64,000 nt of DNA from Phoronis australis. Lineage: Eukaryota; Animalia; Phoronida. Both the position numbers and the translations under genes were made by a program. The notes beneath the pieces are model-generated. The model searched no databases and was not told the origin of the DNA. It saw only the letters and a program-made list of their open reading frames with translations. Shown here one piece after another: positions 36,901-51,200 of this stretch. The stretch lies in assembly GCA_002633005.1 (NCBI GenBank), contig NMRA01000386.1:1-64000 (forward strand). Reading direction: 5' to 3'. Every line of letters starts with the position of its first letter. The first letter of the stretch is position 1.

Positions 36901-38415
36901 CTGCAACAGTGATACTTGTAGTGATTATACACAAACGCAGGAGTGGAAGGGCCCGGAGGTAAGTACCCCACAATAATTTGAAGGCGTCAGGGAGTATGGC
37001 TGGGAACAGGAAGCAGTCGAGAAAAAAACGAAACACGCATTTGCCAACTACCGGTGCAGACAAAGATGACAGCAATATACGTATATCGGCGCATAAAAAT
37101 GACGAAACGAAAATGAAACAATGAAATGAGGTTTGATTTTATAAACCTCAGAACACTCAGCTGAGCCTAAAGACCGATGAAATCTCGGGGTCGCAAGCTC
37201 TCTAAATTTGCGGCGTTCGCATTTCAGTTCCTCTACTCATATTCTTTGACTTTCAAAAAACGTTTACTTGATTGATTTCTGACTATCAGCATACGCCTAT
37301 GATTTTAGACCGGCGGGCAATTTGGCGCTTTATGATTTCGTAAGTTTTCGTCCTAATTAAACAGAACGAGTTCCTCGATGAAGGCATTTGGTCAATGTGA
37401 CATATTTTACTCACTCTAAGGAGTGTTTACGTAAACGAAATGAACAATTTATTAAACCGAAAGTTTGATGATGTGAAAAAGTAGAACAGTACAAGCGCTT
37501 TATGTCTGAGTAGTGTGCTACAGCTGAAAGACTGAAAAGTTGTCATATAAATCCTATTGGCTGTTTCCAGCATCATTGCAAATTGTTTCTCGTGTACCAA
37601 ACGGTGATTGAAGACCGCACCACAAATCGACCATTGAGCAAATAGAGAAGCAGCTCAGCTCCCACGGGCTGGGATTCTTGGACTTTGTAGTCACGGTAAT
37701 ATAAACAAAGACAACCACTTTCCAATTATTCTGATTAAAATTAACATCTACTTACATATGTACAAACATGTTGTCAAGTGACACGAAATTTGGGACTAAG
37801 ACAGGGTCGAGCGTCAGCTCCGACAGTCCAACACTTGAAACTTGCGGCATCTTCAGTCTTCATCACCAAGCCGTCCTCACGCGTTCTACAGGCTCCACCA
37901 AATAATACAGTGAAGTTCTACTGTACTGTATGTACTAGACGTTTCTGTCCACACCGTTGCAAAGGCTCGCCACATAAACAAATAACACTAAATACTTCGA
38001 GAGTATTTGAACAAAATATAAGAAAGTCCAGCCTCAGTGTTCAGATAATTCATCACAAACCCCTGCTCACCATCGCCGACAAACTAGAACTTTCGGATAA
38101 ATTCAAAACTGCCCCCTAGAGGGGAGTACCTAACACTTGCTCACTGCACTGTATTTCCGATATTGTGACCTGAAGTATGAAGATAAAATCTATAACCACA
38201 CGGCAATGGGGTAGTTGAATAAAAATTTCATGTTTTAATACAGTGTACAGCTTACTTCGACTTTAGATTAGATTTATTTAATGGATTAAATATCAATTTT
38301 ACACCTTAAAATGGTAATATTTGTGATTTTAGTGGTTTCTAACGTGTCGGGAAAGACACTGATTCTGCTTTTTATCATGTGTAAGTACTTTTGAAAAGAG
38401 ACATAAATAAAGTTT

Positions 38416-38630
38416 CTCCCTCCTTCCCTCCCTCCCTCCCTCCCTCCCTCCCTTCATCCGTCTGTCCGTCCGTCCGTCCCTCCGTCCGTCAGTCTGTCCG
38501 TCCGTCCGTCCGTCCGTCCGTCTTTCCTTCCTTCCGACCATCCTACCCACCTTCCCTACCTCCCACCCTCCCACTCCCCCCATCTCTCTCCCTGTCTCTC
38601 CCTCTCTCTCTTTCCCTCTGTGTCTTTCTC
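38416..38630. repeat. Compound (CCCT)n(GTCC)n(CT)n microsatellite / polypyrimidine tract
   Basis: Seen directly in the sequence. Confidence 0.9.
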
Positions 38631-38754
38631 AGGTTTTGAATTGATATTTTCATTCATTCCATTTGTAATGGAAATTGATTGAGCTTTAAAATGATCTAGA
38701 GAGTTAACTAGGTAGGCATTCAATTAGATAGATGTCCACCTTTAAGATTTTTTT

Positions 38755-41700
38755 AATAATGTTTATTGCGAAATCTTCGATACAATGAATATACATAACC
38801 CAGAAAGCGCCAAGAGGCATTATATCTAGGTTAATAAAGTACAAAGAAATCTATATATAATTATTTTAAACAAATACATGAAAAAGAAATCTGTATACAA
38901 TTATTTTACACAAATACATAAATTAAAAAAAAACTGTTGTTAAGATTACAATGACATATGATTTCCGAAATTAAATAAATCATTTTCATTCACATTTATA
39001 CAATTCTATCCACTCACACAAAGAGATTTAATATTATAAAGAAATTTTGATACTATTTCGAATAAAACCTTATTTTCATTTTGGTTGAGTTCTTGACTTT
39101 CATATAGAAAAAAATAATTTTGTTGTACACTTGCGGAATTTCAAAATATCTTTATAAATATTGGGGTATTGTTCGAGTGTCTGGAAAAGCTGTACCCTCT
39201 GCTCCTTGCATACCTCACAAGCAAAGAAAACATAAGCATTTGTCTGTGCGTCTCCACAGCAACACCGATGCGAAATATTATTAAAATTATGTCTAAATTT
39301 CTCGTTGTTTAGGAATAGACCGCATCTTGATCTGTAATGGATTATTTCGTGGTTGCGAGAAAGTTGAAACGATGTCAACTCTTGAGTAGTAGTATGCATT
39401 TTAAAGTTATTTCTTAGAATGACGATTGAAGTGCTTTCTTTTGTTTTGGATGGAAAGGAATTCCAGTTGTCCATACAAGTTAATACGGTAGATTTCCTGA
39501 AGGCTTGGCTGAGAGAAGATTTAATAGTGTGCATATTACTTTGGCGCAGTCCTGGTCTCGTGTTAGGTCTTTTGTAGGAGTCAAAGAGGAGTAATTGTTT
39601 GTGTTGGTTAAGACTTTGAATGTAAACATGGACAGTTGGAGTTTACGACGGGTTGCTTGTTTACTCTAGTTGAGACTGTTTAGAACCTTGATTGTGTTGG
39701 ATCCTTTGTATGCCCCTGTTATGGCTAAAGCTGCTTGGTATTGTAGTCTTTCTAATTGGAGAAGTATGCCAGCGTTTGCCGATTGGTAGATTATGTCACA
39801 GTAATCTAGATGTGGAAGTACAAAAGACTTGAACAGAGTTTCAATGTGAATGGAGTTGAGATGACGAGAGACAATTCTAATTGAATTGATTAATTTTTGT
39901 ACTCTGTGAACGAGTTCGCGACACTGAGGAGTAAAAGTAAGCTTATGGCCTGGTAGCAATCCAAGGTGTTTGTGTGTGAACTTATTGGGAATAACTTCCC
40001 CATTGCGTGATAATTCCAGCATTGGATTTGCTTGGAAATGAGTATTATTAGACTTAGAAAATATAAGATCAACACTTTTTTCTGGTTTAAATTTCATCTT
40101 CAATTTGAAAGACCAGTCATAGAGTTTGTTTAGGTCAGTTTGCAATTGTAAGGAGTCATGGGGATGCGCTTTTGAGAACGGGTGGAAAATTGCAGTGTCA
40201 TCAGCATATAAGTATGGTTTAGAGCTTATCGTGTCTGGATGATCATTGATGTACAGTAAACAGAGTAAGGGTCCTAGTACGCAACCCTGTGGTACTCCAG
40301 CATTTACAAAGCCTGGCGTTGATGAAGGTGATAAGACACCCTCAATTCGGACACTGTAAGTTCAATTTTCCAGATACGATTTTAAAAGTAAGAGGAGAGT
40401 GCCTGAGAAACCGTAAGATTGTAATTTATGTAGAAGTAGGTCTTCGGGAGCGACATCAGAAGCTGACGCAATGTCTAAAAATACGGATCTCACGTTGTAC
40501 CCTTGCTGGAGGTGAATGTCATGTACAATTTCTGTAAGTTGGGAAACAGTGCTGTTACCAGGCATGCATCCAAATTGGCAACGATATATGAGGTTTTGTG
40601 AAGAGAGGTGATCAAACATGTGGTGAGAAATGATTTTTTCCAAAATTTGGAATAAGGTAGTAAGTAGAGTTATGGGGCAATAGTTGGCAATGTCTGTTTT
40701 GGAGTACTTTTTGTGTATTAGTATCATAACGCCTAGCTTCCAGTTCGAAGGAAGTTTTCCAGATTGTAGTATTTTGTTGTATAATGTTGTCATAGGAAGT
40801 GTAAGCTCTCTTGCCATTATCTTGATCATGTTATTGGTTATGAGATTGGTACCGTCGTTTTTGTTTTTGTCAATGTTTTCTAATAGTTTTGTGACTTCAG
40901 ATGGTTGGGCTTCTATGTAAAAGAGGTGTTCTAATGTTCTGTTTGGGGATTCAGGAAAGTTTATTGTTGGTGCAATGTGACTCTTGGCGGTGAAGCAGTC
41001 TAGAAATAACTTACTTTTATCAGCTTTGGATGACGTCTGTGAGTTGGAATCCTTTGAGTGGATGGTTGAGTGTGATGATTGTTTTACCTATCCTCGAATT
41101 TTGTTTACTATATCCCAATATTCCTTAGAATTTTTGGAGACATTTTTGATATTGGAGATAACCTTTATCTTATAGTATTGTTTTGTCTTTTTAATTAGTT
41201 CTTCCACACTCTTGCACTGTTCTTTGTAGCACTTGAACGTGCATGGGTTATTTGATCTTCTGAACGATCTGTACAGTTTATTTCTCTTATTTATTTCATA
41301 CTTAATGTTATTGTTAAACCACGGTTTGTTCTTGTTTTTTATTGTTTTCATGGTTGATGGGATATTATTATCTAATATTTTGTAGAGTGATTGTGTGAAT
41401 AGTGAGACTGCATCATTTATGTCGCTTTTGTTAATTATTTCAGTCCAGTTGAATGTGGTTATGTCAGAGCGCAGTTTGTCCATGTTAGTGAGGTTGTAAT
41501 TCCAGATCTTCTTCATAATGTCCGGTTCTTTAGATGTGCAGTTGAGTGTGAATGTTGTTTCTATAACGTGGTGGTCTGAGTTACCAATGGGAGGCCTTAC
41601 AAAAGTGGATTCAATTAATCCGAGATTGTTTGTAATACATAAATCAATGCAAGAATCTGAATACTCTGTTAAGCGTGTCGGCTCGTTTATTAGTTGTATA

Positions 41701-42600
41701 CAGTCATTTGTGAGGAGAATATTGAATAACCGGCTTGGTTGTCATTGTCTTCTGAGTACCAAGTACTGTTTCTTGCGTTGAAATCCCCGTTGATAACAAT
41801 TGTTTCATTAGTTTGTGAGAGTTCTGGCAATTGTTCTGAAAAGGTTTTGAAATATGTTTTCCTTTCGTGGGACGTCTGTGAGGGTGAGCGATTGAAAAAA
41901 CCGTAATATATCTTTTTGTGGTTGACATAAAGTTTAATTCAACAGTTATTCATTGATTGTATAATTTTATCATCAATTGTTTTGTAATTTACGGAGTTGG
42001 TGACAAACAAGATCAACCCCCTCCCGGCGTTAATGTGGTGGACAATGTTGTATTCTGGAATAATAAGTGCGCTGATGTTGTCTTCGGACAGTGTTCCGGA
42101 TTCACATATGGCAATGACCATGTAATTGTTGTCTGTAATAAATTGCTTGAGAAGATCAAATCTTGAAAGATTGTTCGCCTTGATACTGTTGATAGTAGTG
42201 AATAAGACCTTGAAGCTGGCCAAACCCTGAGTCCCTGGTCCTGGATTGACCTCTATGTCACCAGCAGTCAAAAGGCTTTGCTCAATGATAACTCCGATAT
42301 CACAACGTGAGTTCCTCATTGTGTTGTAAACATTACGTTAGTACGCAGTTCGGGTTCTATTTCGTAGGCGAAAAGCAGTACGTGGGGTATTTTTGTTTTC
42401 CAGACACCCGGACAATTATAATTATTATGTCTGTAATTAAATACTGATAAATTCATACAGTTCATACTTAACATGCTTATCTTACAAGAGAAAAAGAAGT
42501 ATATACAAGTGGGTGAATAGGCTAAAAGTAATGAAGTAAGGACAAAAGCTATGAACACTAGGGTAGGCATGAAAATTCCCACCATCACTAATTCAATTAC
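38755..42600 (-). mobile_element. CR1/L2-group non-LTR retrotransposon, near full ORF2, frameshifted
   Basis: APE endonuclease remnants (TINSIK, VIAICES, PTR..E.S.SCIDL, SDHH); RT motifs NYCPITLL, GVPQGCVLGPLL, YADDTAIF; C-terminal HLDYCDIIY; AT-rich 3' UTR with a stem-loop near 38797-38835. Confidence 0.93.
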
Positions 42601-45129
42601 ATTGAGTTAGGCTAAATCTTGCATATAGAAAACTGATGGAATAGTGAAATGGATTGGCTTACTACGGATGTGATATTAATTCAATTAGATGAGATTCAAC
42701 GGGGTAGACAATTTCTACATATTTAGAACATTAATACTGTACTTTAGGATGAAAATATATTGCCAATTACATTGTCTTATTACGCATGACGGTGCCCGAG
42801 TCAAATAGAGCTCTGAGTCAATCTACTCGTTTGGTCGCTTTTAGCTTGAACGTCAATGGTGATTAAAATTGGAACAACCTAAAAAGCAAAGGTAACTCAT
42901 GAATTGACTCACACTTGATGGAAGTCTTGATCTGTAGATGAAAATGAGTCACTGAGGTAACATACATGTACATGTACATGTATCTGAATGACACAACTAC
43001 AGTTGTCAAGTTCAGTGTAGTTTCATAATCATGACACATATGAGACGTGAAATTCTTTAAAAAATATGCATTACTAAGATAAAAGATGTTCTGATTTCAC
43101 TCCTCGTTGTTTCATTGTTATTAGGAAGTCATGCGTGTAGGCTGTAGCTAATTTACCCAGAATTGCATTTGAAGTACTTTATCACTTGCAAAATCAAAAT
43201 TCAAGGGAGTTGTACTTTTTGCTGCACCGAGTTTACCCGTGGGCCGAAAGCTGTAATGCCAATATCAAAATCAAAATTTATCGGCAAGAGCTCACTCGTT
43301 TTGACTTTGTTTGAGCACATAATTATGTTATTGGGTCACAGGTTTTTTCACAGAACGACTTGTAAGCATACGTCGGCACGTTGTCACTTCTACTAGGCTC
43401 TAAATTTATATTAACAGAGTATGCAGTGGCCTTTTGGTAACCACAATTTATGGCACTCTGACATAAATCCTATTTTTGGGCAAATAACATTCTACAGCCC
43501 TTCATCCTTCGTATCCAACTCCTAGTTAGTTCCTACCATATCCGATGGTAGCGCTGTTTGTTCTTTTTCTCCAGCTTCCTGTTGGCCCAGCCTCAAGCAA
43601 CAGTACATTTACCCGTAAGTTTTCCCAATTAGACAATTTGACACCTCTCCGCACAAACTGAGCCACAACTCTACGTTCCTTACAATATTTTTTATCACTC
43701 CGGCTGGTCTGCTCACTCAGCTTGTCCGGAACCTGCTTTGCAGGTTGTTATAGCCCAGTTGGCTGTTTGATGTACCCACTTGGTATTTATTATATGATAT
43801 TTGCCCATTTGGCAGTTGTACCCATTTGGTACTTGTCATTGAATTTGCCTTTTTGCTCGACTCACTTGGTAGGCAATCAGTCAATACCCAGTTGGTATTA
43901 TGTACCCATTTGGTACTATGCTAACCTGTGTCACTAAGTTTCCGATACTCAATTACACATTGGGTATCGTAAATGTGTGTGTTATCTCTTGTAATTAAGG
44001 AACCCATCTGGTTCCTTCTGTGAAATATTCATTTGTAGAGCTGTGACCCTGAAATTCCCAATACAACCTAAAATATATATTATTGTTGTTGTTTTATTTG
44101 TCCCCAATAACGAAAAGTGTGCGCGAACTTGCTGGTTTCTCTTGAAAATATATCGCTTTCAGCCGTACAGGCCACTTGGGTATCTGCCACTGGTTGCAAT
44201 CCTCTATTAGTTTGATGTTTTCCATATCGACTGATTAATTGTAAAAAAAATCATGTAAGTGCTACATTACATGTTTCATGTTTTTGAAAATAGTCACATT
44301 TTTTCGCTTCTTTATATATTAGTCATCGCATTTAGAAAAGTGCAATTTGCTCCGTTTGTTTACACGGCGAGCACCGTGTCACGTGACTAGAAACACTTTC
44401 CAATATGGCGTCAAGTTGTCATCTGGAGTAGCGCGTGTGCGCCGAATCTATGCGATGTCTATCATAACAATAGTTATATAGGTGAACCCACTGTGGTGGA
44501 TAGATTTAAATGTATAATTATACGGGAGCAGATACTGTAGCGGCTGCAACTATACTTGTACAAGTTAACACTCTCCGATGCACCCTCTCTGGAACAACTT
44601 CCTCTGCAAATTTATATTTGTCACCGGACATCGACAGTAAATTGTTGTGCACATTTTCACGTATCAAACTGTTTAACGGATGATAAAAGTGCAATTTAAG
44701 TAAGAAGGTGTTAGTAATTAATCAAACAATGATACTTTTTTACAACCCTTTGCTTCCCATTTCTGGTTCGGCCCTTCCCTGATCAAAAGTTTCAAAGTAT
44801 TCGCAGCAGATATCCAAGCTTCAAACTGGATGATAAGGTCAATTGCAGCTGACATGTATATGACACCCAACTACAAAGTGACAGGGGCGAAGATATATGT
44901 GTTGCTTCCCACAGAGAACCAAAATCGAGTGAACATTCGAACCTATTTTGCCATCTTGACAAAACGGGCTGAGGACGGGTGGTCTAAGGATCTGTTTACT
45001 TGATTCAAGTGATACACAAGCTCTCAATGACATCAACATATTATTCGTGAAATTGGACAATTGTATTTAGTAGTATGAATCGTTTATTCTGACATGACAT
45101 CTTCTACATTCGATTGGTAAGGTCATTCA

Positions 45130-45216
45130 CTAGCAAGCAGACCCAGCCTTCATCCGTATCAAGTCGAGAGCAGTGTCAAATCCATACGGTAGCTTCATGC
45201 TGGCCTGGAACACCAC
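45130..45216 (-). CDS. MAM terminal exon, cassette A
   Basis: tttcattgcAG acceptor, then [28 protein letters not shown] and TAG. Confidence 0.82.
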   Translation of the reverse strand: MVFQASMKLPYGFDTALDLIRMKAGSAC

Positions 45217-48200
45217 CTGCAATGAAATGCTTACATAGTAACACAGCCTATAAAGCCGACTTCCACCAAAACAATTATCGTTGTCATTTTCACTGTTGCT
45301 GTATTCCGCGATAAAAGACAGACGCACATTTCCAAGTTACGGTCGTCTGCCGGGACTATTTGCACGCTAACAACGGAACCGACCAGTGCCGCGATACCAT
45401 GGATTTTGTCGTAGATATTTGATAGTAAGGACAATATTTTTTTCCACCACAAAGTTTGTTAAGTTGATCGTCTAAGAATTAGTAGAAACATCGCTGTTTT
45501 GTGACGTTCTATGATTAGTTATGCAGTGGTCCGAAACTTTCTTCCGCACAGCCGGAAATTTGTAAAAGTAGCCGAAAATATTAGCCAATGAAACTCGTAA
45601 AAGATCGATTCTGCATTATCCCATGTTCGTGCGACATGCTTACAAACTGGGGAGGGTCTGTTCTGGGATAGCGTTCTTTTGAACTTGATTTGGCAACAAC
45701 CAACTAACGGTTGGATTCACACGAGTTGCGACATATTTTCCAGGTTTCTTCCGAGAAGTGTAAAAACTCAGCTCGTAAACGCTGGAAATTCTGGGTACTA
45801 TTTTGCAACTTGATACGAGCTGGCAAAAAACTCAGCTTGCATTTCCAAATTTCAGGTGGCAAATGCGACCTGCAGCTCGTTATATCGAGCCCTGATCATG
45901 GTATTTGTCAAACGGAGGAAAGCGGTTCACACACTTAACGCCTTATTTCTCGGATTTTTTAATGAAATTCTATCAAATGTTTCAGCTCGAATTTATTGAT
46001 ATGTCCCTATGTGCTTTCCATTGTTTTTTTAACATGGGTAATTTCTTGGTACAGTCGACTCCCGGCAAAAGGAGTTCCTGGAATCAGGTAATAAGTTTCT
46101 TTATTGTTGAAGTGTTCTTGCGATGTTTTGTTGGCGCGCACAGGTCACAAGCCAATTGCGTATCTGGCATTATAGTATACAAACGACCCTTGGTAACCAC
46201 AACAGAAAAAGGTATTTGGCTTATATTTATCATGTCTTCCGGGAGCAAACGACATTAACAAAAATTTCCACGGAGAATCCAATTCTGGAAGCCAGTTTGA
46301 TAGAAAAACACCTGTTTTTGTCCACGATAGTTTAGTTCATTCCAACCAGTGTTTTATTGCCATGGACATTTCGTTAATGCAATGTAATTGTCCTGCCCCA
46401 CGCAAAAGGAGCAAGACCCAAGATTCTGATGCTGGCGGGTTTTGTTTGCCACCTTATGGAGCCCACCGAAGGTGGGGGGGGGGGGCTAAACAGGTGCAAA
46501 GAGGTGCTCACTACGCCACTGGATTGCCTACTGTCATTTCATCTCCATTACACACTACGATCATCTACCGTCGATAAAACATGCAATACATGTTTATGGC
46601 AAATACTAGGAAAGCACTGCTAGGTCATTTAACTCCAACAGGGACACTTGATCTTGTGGTTTTTGAATCGAAGATGCCGGGAGGCACCAATTCGGCCTGT
46701 CTAAATTGAGCCAATTAGTATCCACCGTGAAATGTTGAAGTCAATATCTCGTTCAGATTTTTTTCTCGGAGGTCTTGGGTGCTCAGGGTAGAGACACTTT
46801 TTGCTCGAGTCAAAACCGGGATCGAATTATCTTTGGTGCATATAAGATATGATTTGACACCAGTATGAAGGGTCCTGGTCAGTCACAGATTTACCTATCC
46901 TGGCTATTACGAGCTCATCCTCTGCCACTGCCCTTGATTTATGAGGTACATTGCAGCATCTCAAATGTTCTTATCATAACTGACCAAAGCCACAAAGCTT
47001 TTGTTATCGAACTTGTTTGATGAAAACTTTCAAAACGAACACTTTATTTTGCCTTTAAGAATTTAATAGTCTCTTACACATTCAAACTCCAAGGATTTAT
47101 TTCCATTAAATTTACCTGCAATTGTCAAATAAATGATGATGGAAGAAAACAAAAGGGTTACCTAAGCAAATTTTATATATACTCAAACTTAATGTCAACT
47201 GACTCACTGGCAAAGGTCATCGGGTTTTCTTTTGATACTGATCACGTAATATATCCAGAAAACAACTTGTTTTCAATTGAAAACCTGACTTGCCTTTTAA
47301 AACAATTTGAAGCAGATTTCTCATTCAAAATTTCGCTCACTTTGTCTGCAAACTATGCTCATTATCTCAGCTTAGCTGCGGTATTTGCACAGCGACAACG
47401 CCAATGGCCGAGTCATAGTGCCATTGTTTTTAGAATGACGTGGTCCATGTTTACGCTGCCGAGTCAGTGACAGTAGTGTCGTCTTCTACTGTATAATTTG
47501 TCCTTCCCGTGATAGAGGCATTATTTCATAATGCACTTTCCCTCACTGTTTCACAGGTTGTCCGGGTGGATTGCAAACGCATTACTACTCATACAGTGTA
47601 TGGCCGTTCTCGAACATTTGAACCAATATTTATTCAGCCCTACCTGAATGATGTCCTTTCGCTTCACTCGGACTCTGGCCTGGTGCCATTGGTGTTGCTG
47701 CCTTCCGTAATTGTCCCAGACGATCCGCTTCCTTCCTTTGTTGTCCACTACGAGAACCTCCAAAATTCCGAAAGTGGAGCCATGCATATAGTACCACCAA
47801 CTCAGGCAGAACCGCTGTGCTGTAACAGTTTTGATCGTAGTGATTATTACACACAAATGTAGGAGTCGAGGGACAGGAGGCAACTGCCCCCCAATAATTT
47901 TTAGGCGTCAGAGAGCGTGGCTGGGGTCAGGGAGCAGTCAAGGAAAAACAGCAAACATGTATTCAACTTCTGGTGCTGGAATTGTTGTGCAGATTCTAAA
48001 AAGCAATTTTTAATGTTTATTACGAAATATTCAATAAAATGAATGTACATAACCCAGAAAGCCCCAAGAGGCATTATATCTGGGTTAAACATATACAAAG
48101 AAATCTATATAAAATTATTTTACACAAATACATAAATTAAAAAAAAGATGTTAAAATTATAATGACATATGATTACTAATGTAAATAAATCAAATCCATA

Positions 48201-51200
48201 CACATACATACTGTTCTATCCACTCACACAAAGGGATTTGATATTATAAAGACATTTTGATACTATTTCGAATAAAACCTTATTTTCATTTGGGTTGAGT
48301 TCTTGACATTCAGATAGAAAAAAAATTGTTGTACACTTGTGAAATTTCTGTATATTTTTGTAAACATTGGGGTATTGTGTACGGAAAAGCTGTACCCTCA
48401 ACTCTAGCATTTGTCTGGGTGTCTTCACAGCAGCACAGAGGCTAAATATTATTAAAATTATGTCTAAATTTCTCGTTGTTTAGGCCGCATCTTATATGTA
48501 TAGGATTATTTCATGGTTGCGAGGAAGTTGGAACGATGTCAATGGTATTAGAAACTCTTGAGTAGTGGTATTTTTGAGAGTGACGATTGAAGTGCATTCT
48601 TTTATTATGGATGGTCAGGAATTCCAGTTGTCAATACAAGTTAATATCGTAGATCTCCTGAAGGCTTGGCTGAGGGAAGATGGAATAGTGTGCATATTAC
48701 TTTGCCGTAGTGCTGGTCTCGTGTTTGCTCTTTTGTATGAGTCAAAGAGGATTTGTTTGAGTAATTGTTTATGTTGGTTAAGACTTTGAATGTATACATG
48801 AACAGGTGGAGTTTACGACAGGTTGCTAGTTTGCTCCAGTTGAGACTATTTAGAACCTTGATTGTGTTGGACCCTTTGTATGCTCCTGTTATGGCTAAAG
48901 CTGCTTGGTATTGTAGTTTGCCGAGTGGTATATTATGTCACAGTAATCTAGATGTGGAAGTACTGTACAAAAGACTTGGACAGAGTTTCAAGATGCATGG
49001 AGTAGAGATAACGAGAGACAATTCTAATTGGATTGATTAATTTTTGTACTTTATGAACGAGTTCGCGACAGTGAGGAGTAAATGTAAGCTTATGGTGAAG
49101 TAGCAAGCCAAGATGTTTGTGTGTGAACTTATTGGGGATAACTTCCCCACTGAGTGATAATTCCAGTGTTGGATTTGTTTGGAAATGAGAGTATTATTAA
49201 ACTAAGGAAATATGAGATCAACACTTTTTTCATGTTTAAATTTCATCTTTCATTTGCAAGACCAGTCATAGAGTTTGTTTAGGTCAGTTTGCAATTGTAA
49301 AGAGTCATGGGGATGCTCTTTTGAGAATGGGTAGAAAATTGCAGTGTCATCCCCATATAAGAATGTTTTAGAGTTTATTGTGTCTGGAAGATCATTGATG
49401 TACAATAAAAAGAGTAAGGAGCCTAGTACACTACCCTGTGGTACTCCAGCATTTAGGAAGCCTGGCGTTGATGAAGGTGATAAGACACCCTCAATTCGGA
49501 CATTGTAAGTTCACTTTTCCAGATATGATTTTAAAAGTAAGAGGAGAGTGCCTGACTAACCGTAAGATTGTAATTTATGTCGAAGCAGATCATGGGGAAC
49601 GACATCAAAAGCTGACGCAATGTCTAAGAATATGAATCTCACGTTGTACCCTTGCTCAAACTGGAGGTGGATTTCGTGTACAATTTCAGTAAGTTGGGAC
49701 ACAGTCATGTTACCAGGCATGGATCCAAATTGGCGACAAAATATGAGGTTTTGTGAAGAGAGGTGGTCAAAAACGAGTTGAGAAATTATTTTTTTTTTAA
49801 ATTTTGGATAGGGTGTTAAATAAAATTATGGGACGATAGTTGGCAATGTCTGTTTTGGAGTTCTTTTTGTGAATTGGTATCGTAATACCCAGTTTCCAGC
49901 TCAAAGGAATTTTTCCAGATTGTAGTATTCTGTTATAAATGTTGTCAAAGGAACTGTAAGCTCTCGTGCTATTATCTTGATCATTCTAGTTTTTATGAGC
50001 AAATTCTACCACGTTTTTAAATTCAGAACTTCACGGCAGTTCCCCAGGGACTCCATTTGTCACATTTTCCGGTGTTTTTGAGCAGGCTCCCAATCTTGGA
50101 CTAAATTGTCTAAATGTTAATAATTTTATGGAATTGGATAACTTTTTATGTTAAAGATGGCCTCCTCCTGAAATACTTTAAGGAGTGGTAGTGGGCAACC
50201 CTGGTTACCATAGCAACCCAAAAGACGACACTTTGCTCCTAAAGACCAAAAAGCTCCAAGAGCTGGAGCCCATCATGAATTATCAGAGGACAGGCTATTC
50301 CTACCAACGTTCAAGAAGGAGTTGGACCCAAAGTACAACTGACCTGTGTGTTGTCTAATTTTGATGAGAATCACTGATACCATTACCAACAAAATGACAA
50401 AATTGAAATAAACAATGAAACAAGGTTTGATATAATAACACTTAATTAAAACTCAACAAGGCGGACAATGCGCTAAAATCTCGGACTCGCGAACTCTTAA
50501 ACTTTTGAAGTTCTCATTTCAGTTATTCCATTCCTATTTTTTGTTGTACTTCCGTTGACGTTACACCAAGCGATTACTTGACATGTTTTGTTTTATATTT
50601 TTTCTCACAAAGATTATCAGCATACTCCTAAAAGGAAGATTTAAGACCGGCGGGCAATTTTGCGCTTGTATAACTTCACAATTTCCTGTGCTGTTTTGTT
50701 CCAGTCGGCATATTTTATTTGCTCTAAGGTACTTTCGTGTAAACGAAATTAACTTTAGATATTGAGGGACACACGGCAACCGCTAGCCCAGACTCCGAGC
50801 GCTCGGACACCCGTACAAATTGACGACAACATGCGATCACGTGAAAAGTGCAAGCGCATGAAAATCAACTTTTGATTGAGACCACTTACTTTTATGACGT
50901 TGGTCTGTTATTAGAGACTATTGCAGGGCTTCGAAAGAACTAGCAGTTGGTTGCAACTATGCTTTAAATGTTGGCTTGTCAATCAACATTTGATACGTCG
51001 AGCAGAGTGTCAAACCTGCATGTAATATGTCATTTGTGCGAGGAACAAGTTGATACTCACTTCGCAAACATACCTATGACTAACTTAAAACTTCGTTTCT
51101 TGGACACAGCGATGATTTGCAGACGTTTAAACTACAGAGGCTACTTAGCACTGTTGACGCAGATGGAAGATCAAGACATTCTAATATTCATTTAACTCTG

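Larger units (their letters stand above)
31600..38000. repeat. Direct segmental duplicate of about 44480-51200 (MAM 3' cassette, introns and 3' flank)
   Basis: Shared blocks by eye: gttagtaatt.gtcaaacaatgatactt (about 31850 / 44710), 34600-34790 vs 47360-47520, and 37100-37450 vs 50390-50760; each copy is interrupted by different insertions. Confidence 0.85.

Noticed and set aside
36626-36976. Plus-strand ORF resembling 47509-47862
   Set aside because: Antisense shadow of the duplicated MAM exons.
40289-40537. Near-identical plus-strand ORFs here and at 49438-49635
   Set aside because: Antisense to the RT region of the two LINE copies.
43575-43620. Plus-strand micro-exon-like segment (ttctccAG...GTAAGT)
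   Set aside because: Good splice words, but no partner exons or homology seen.
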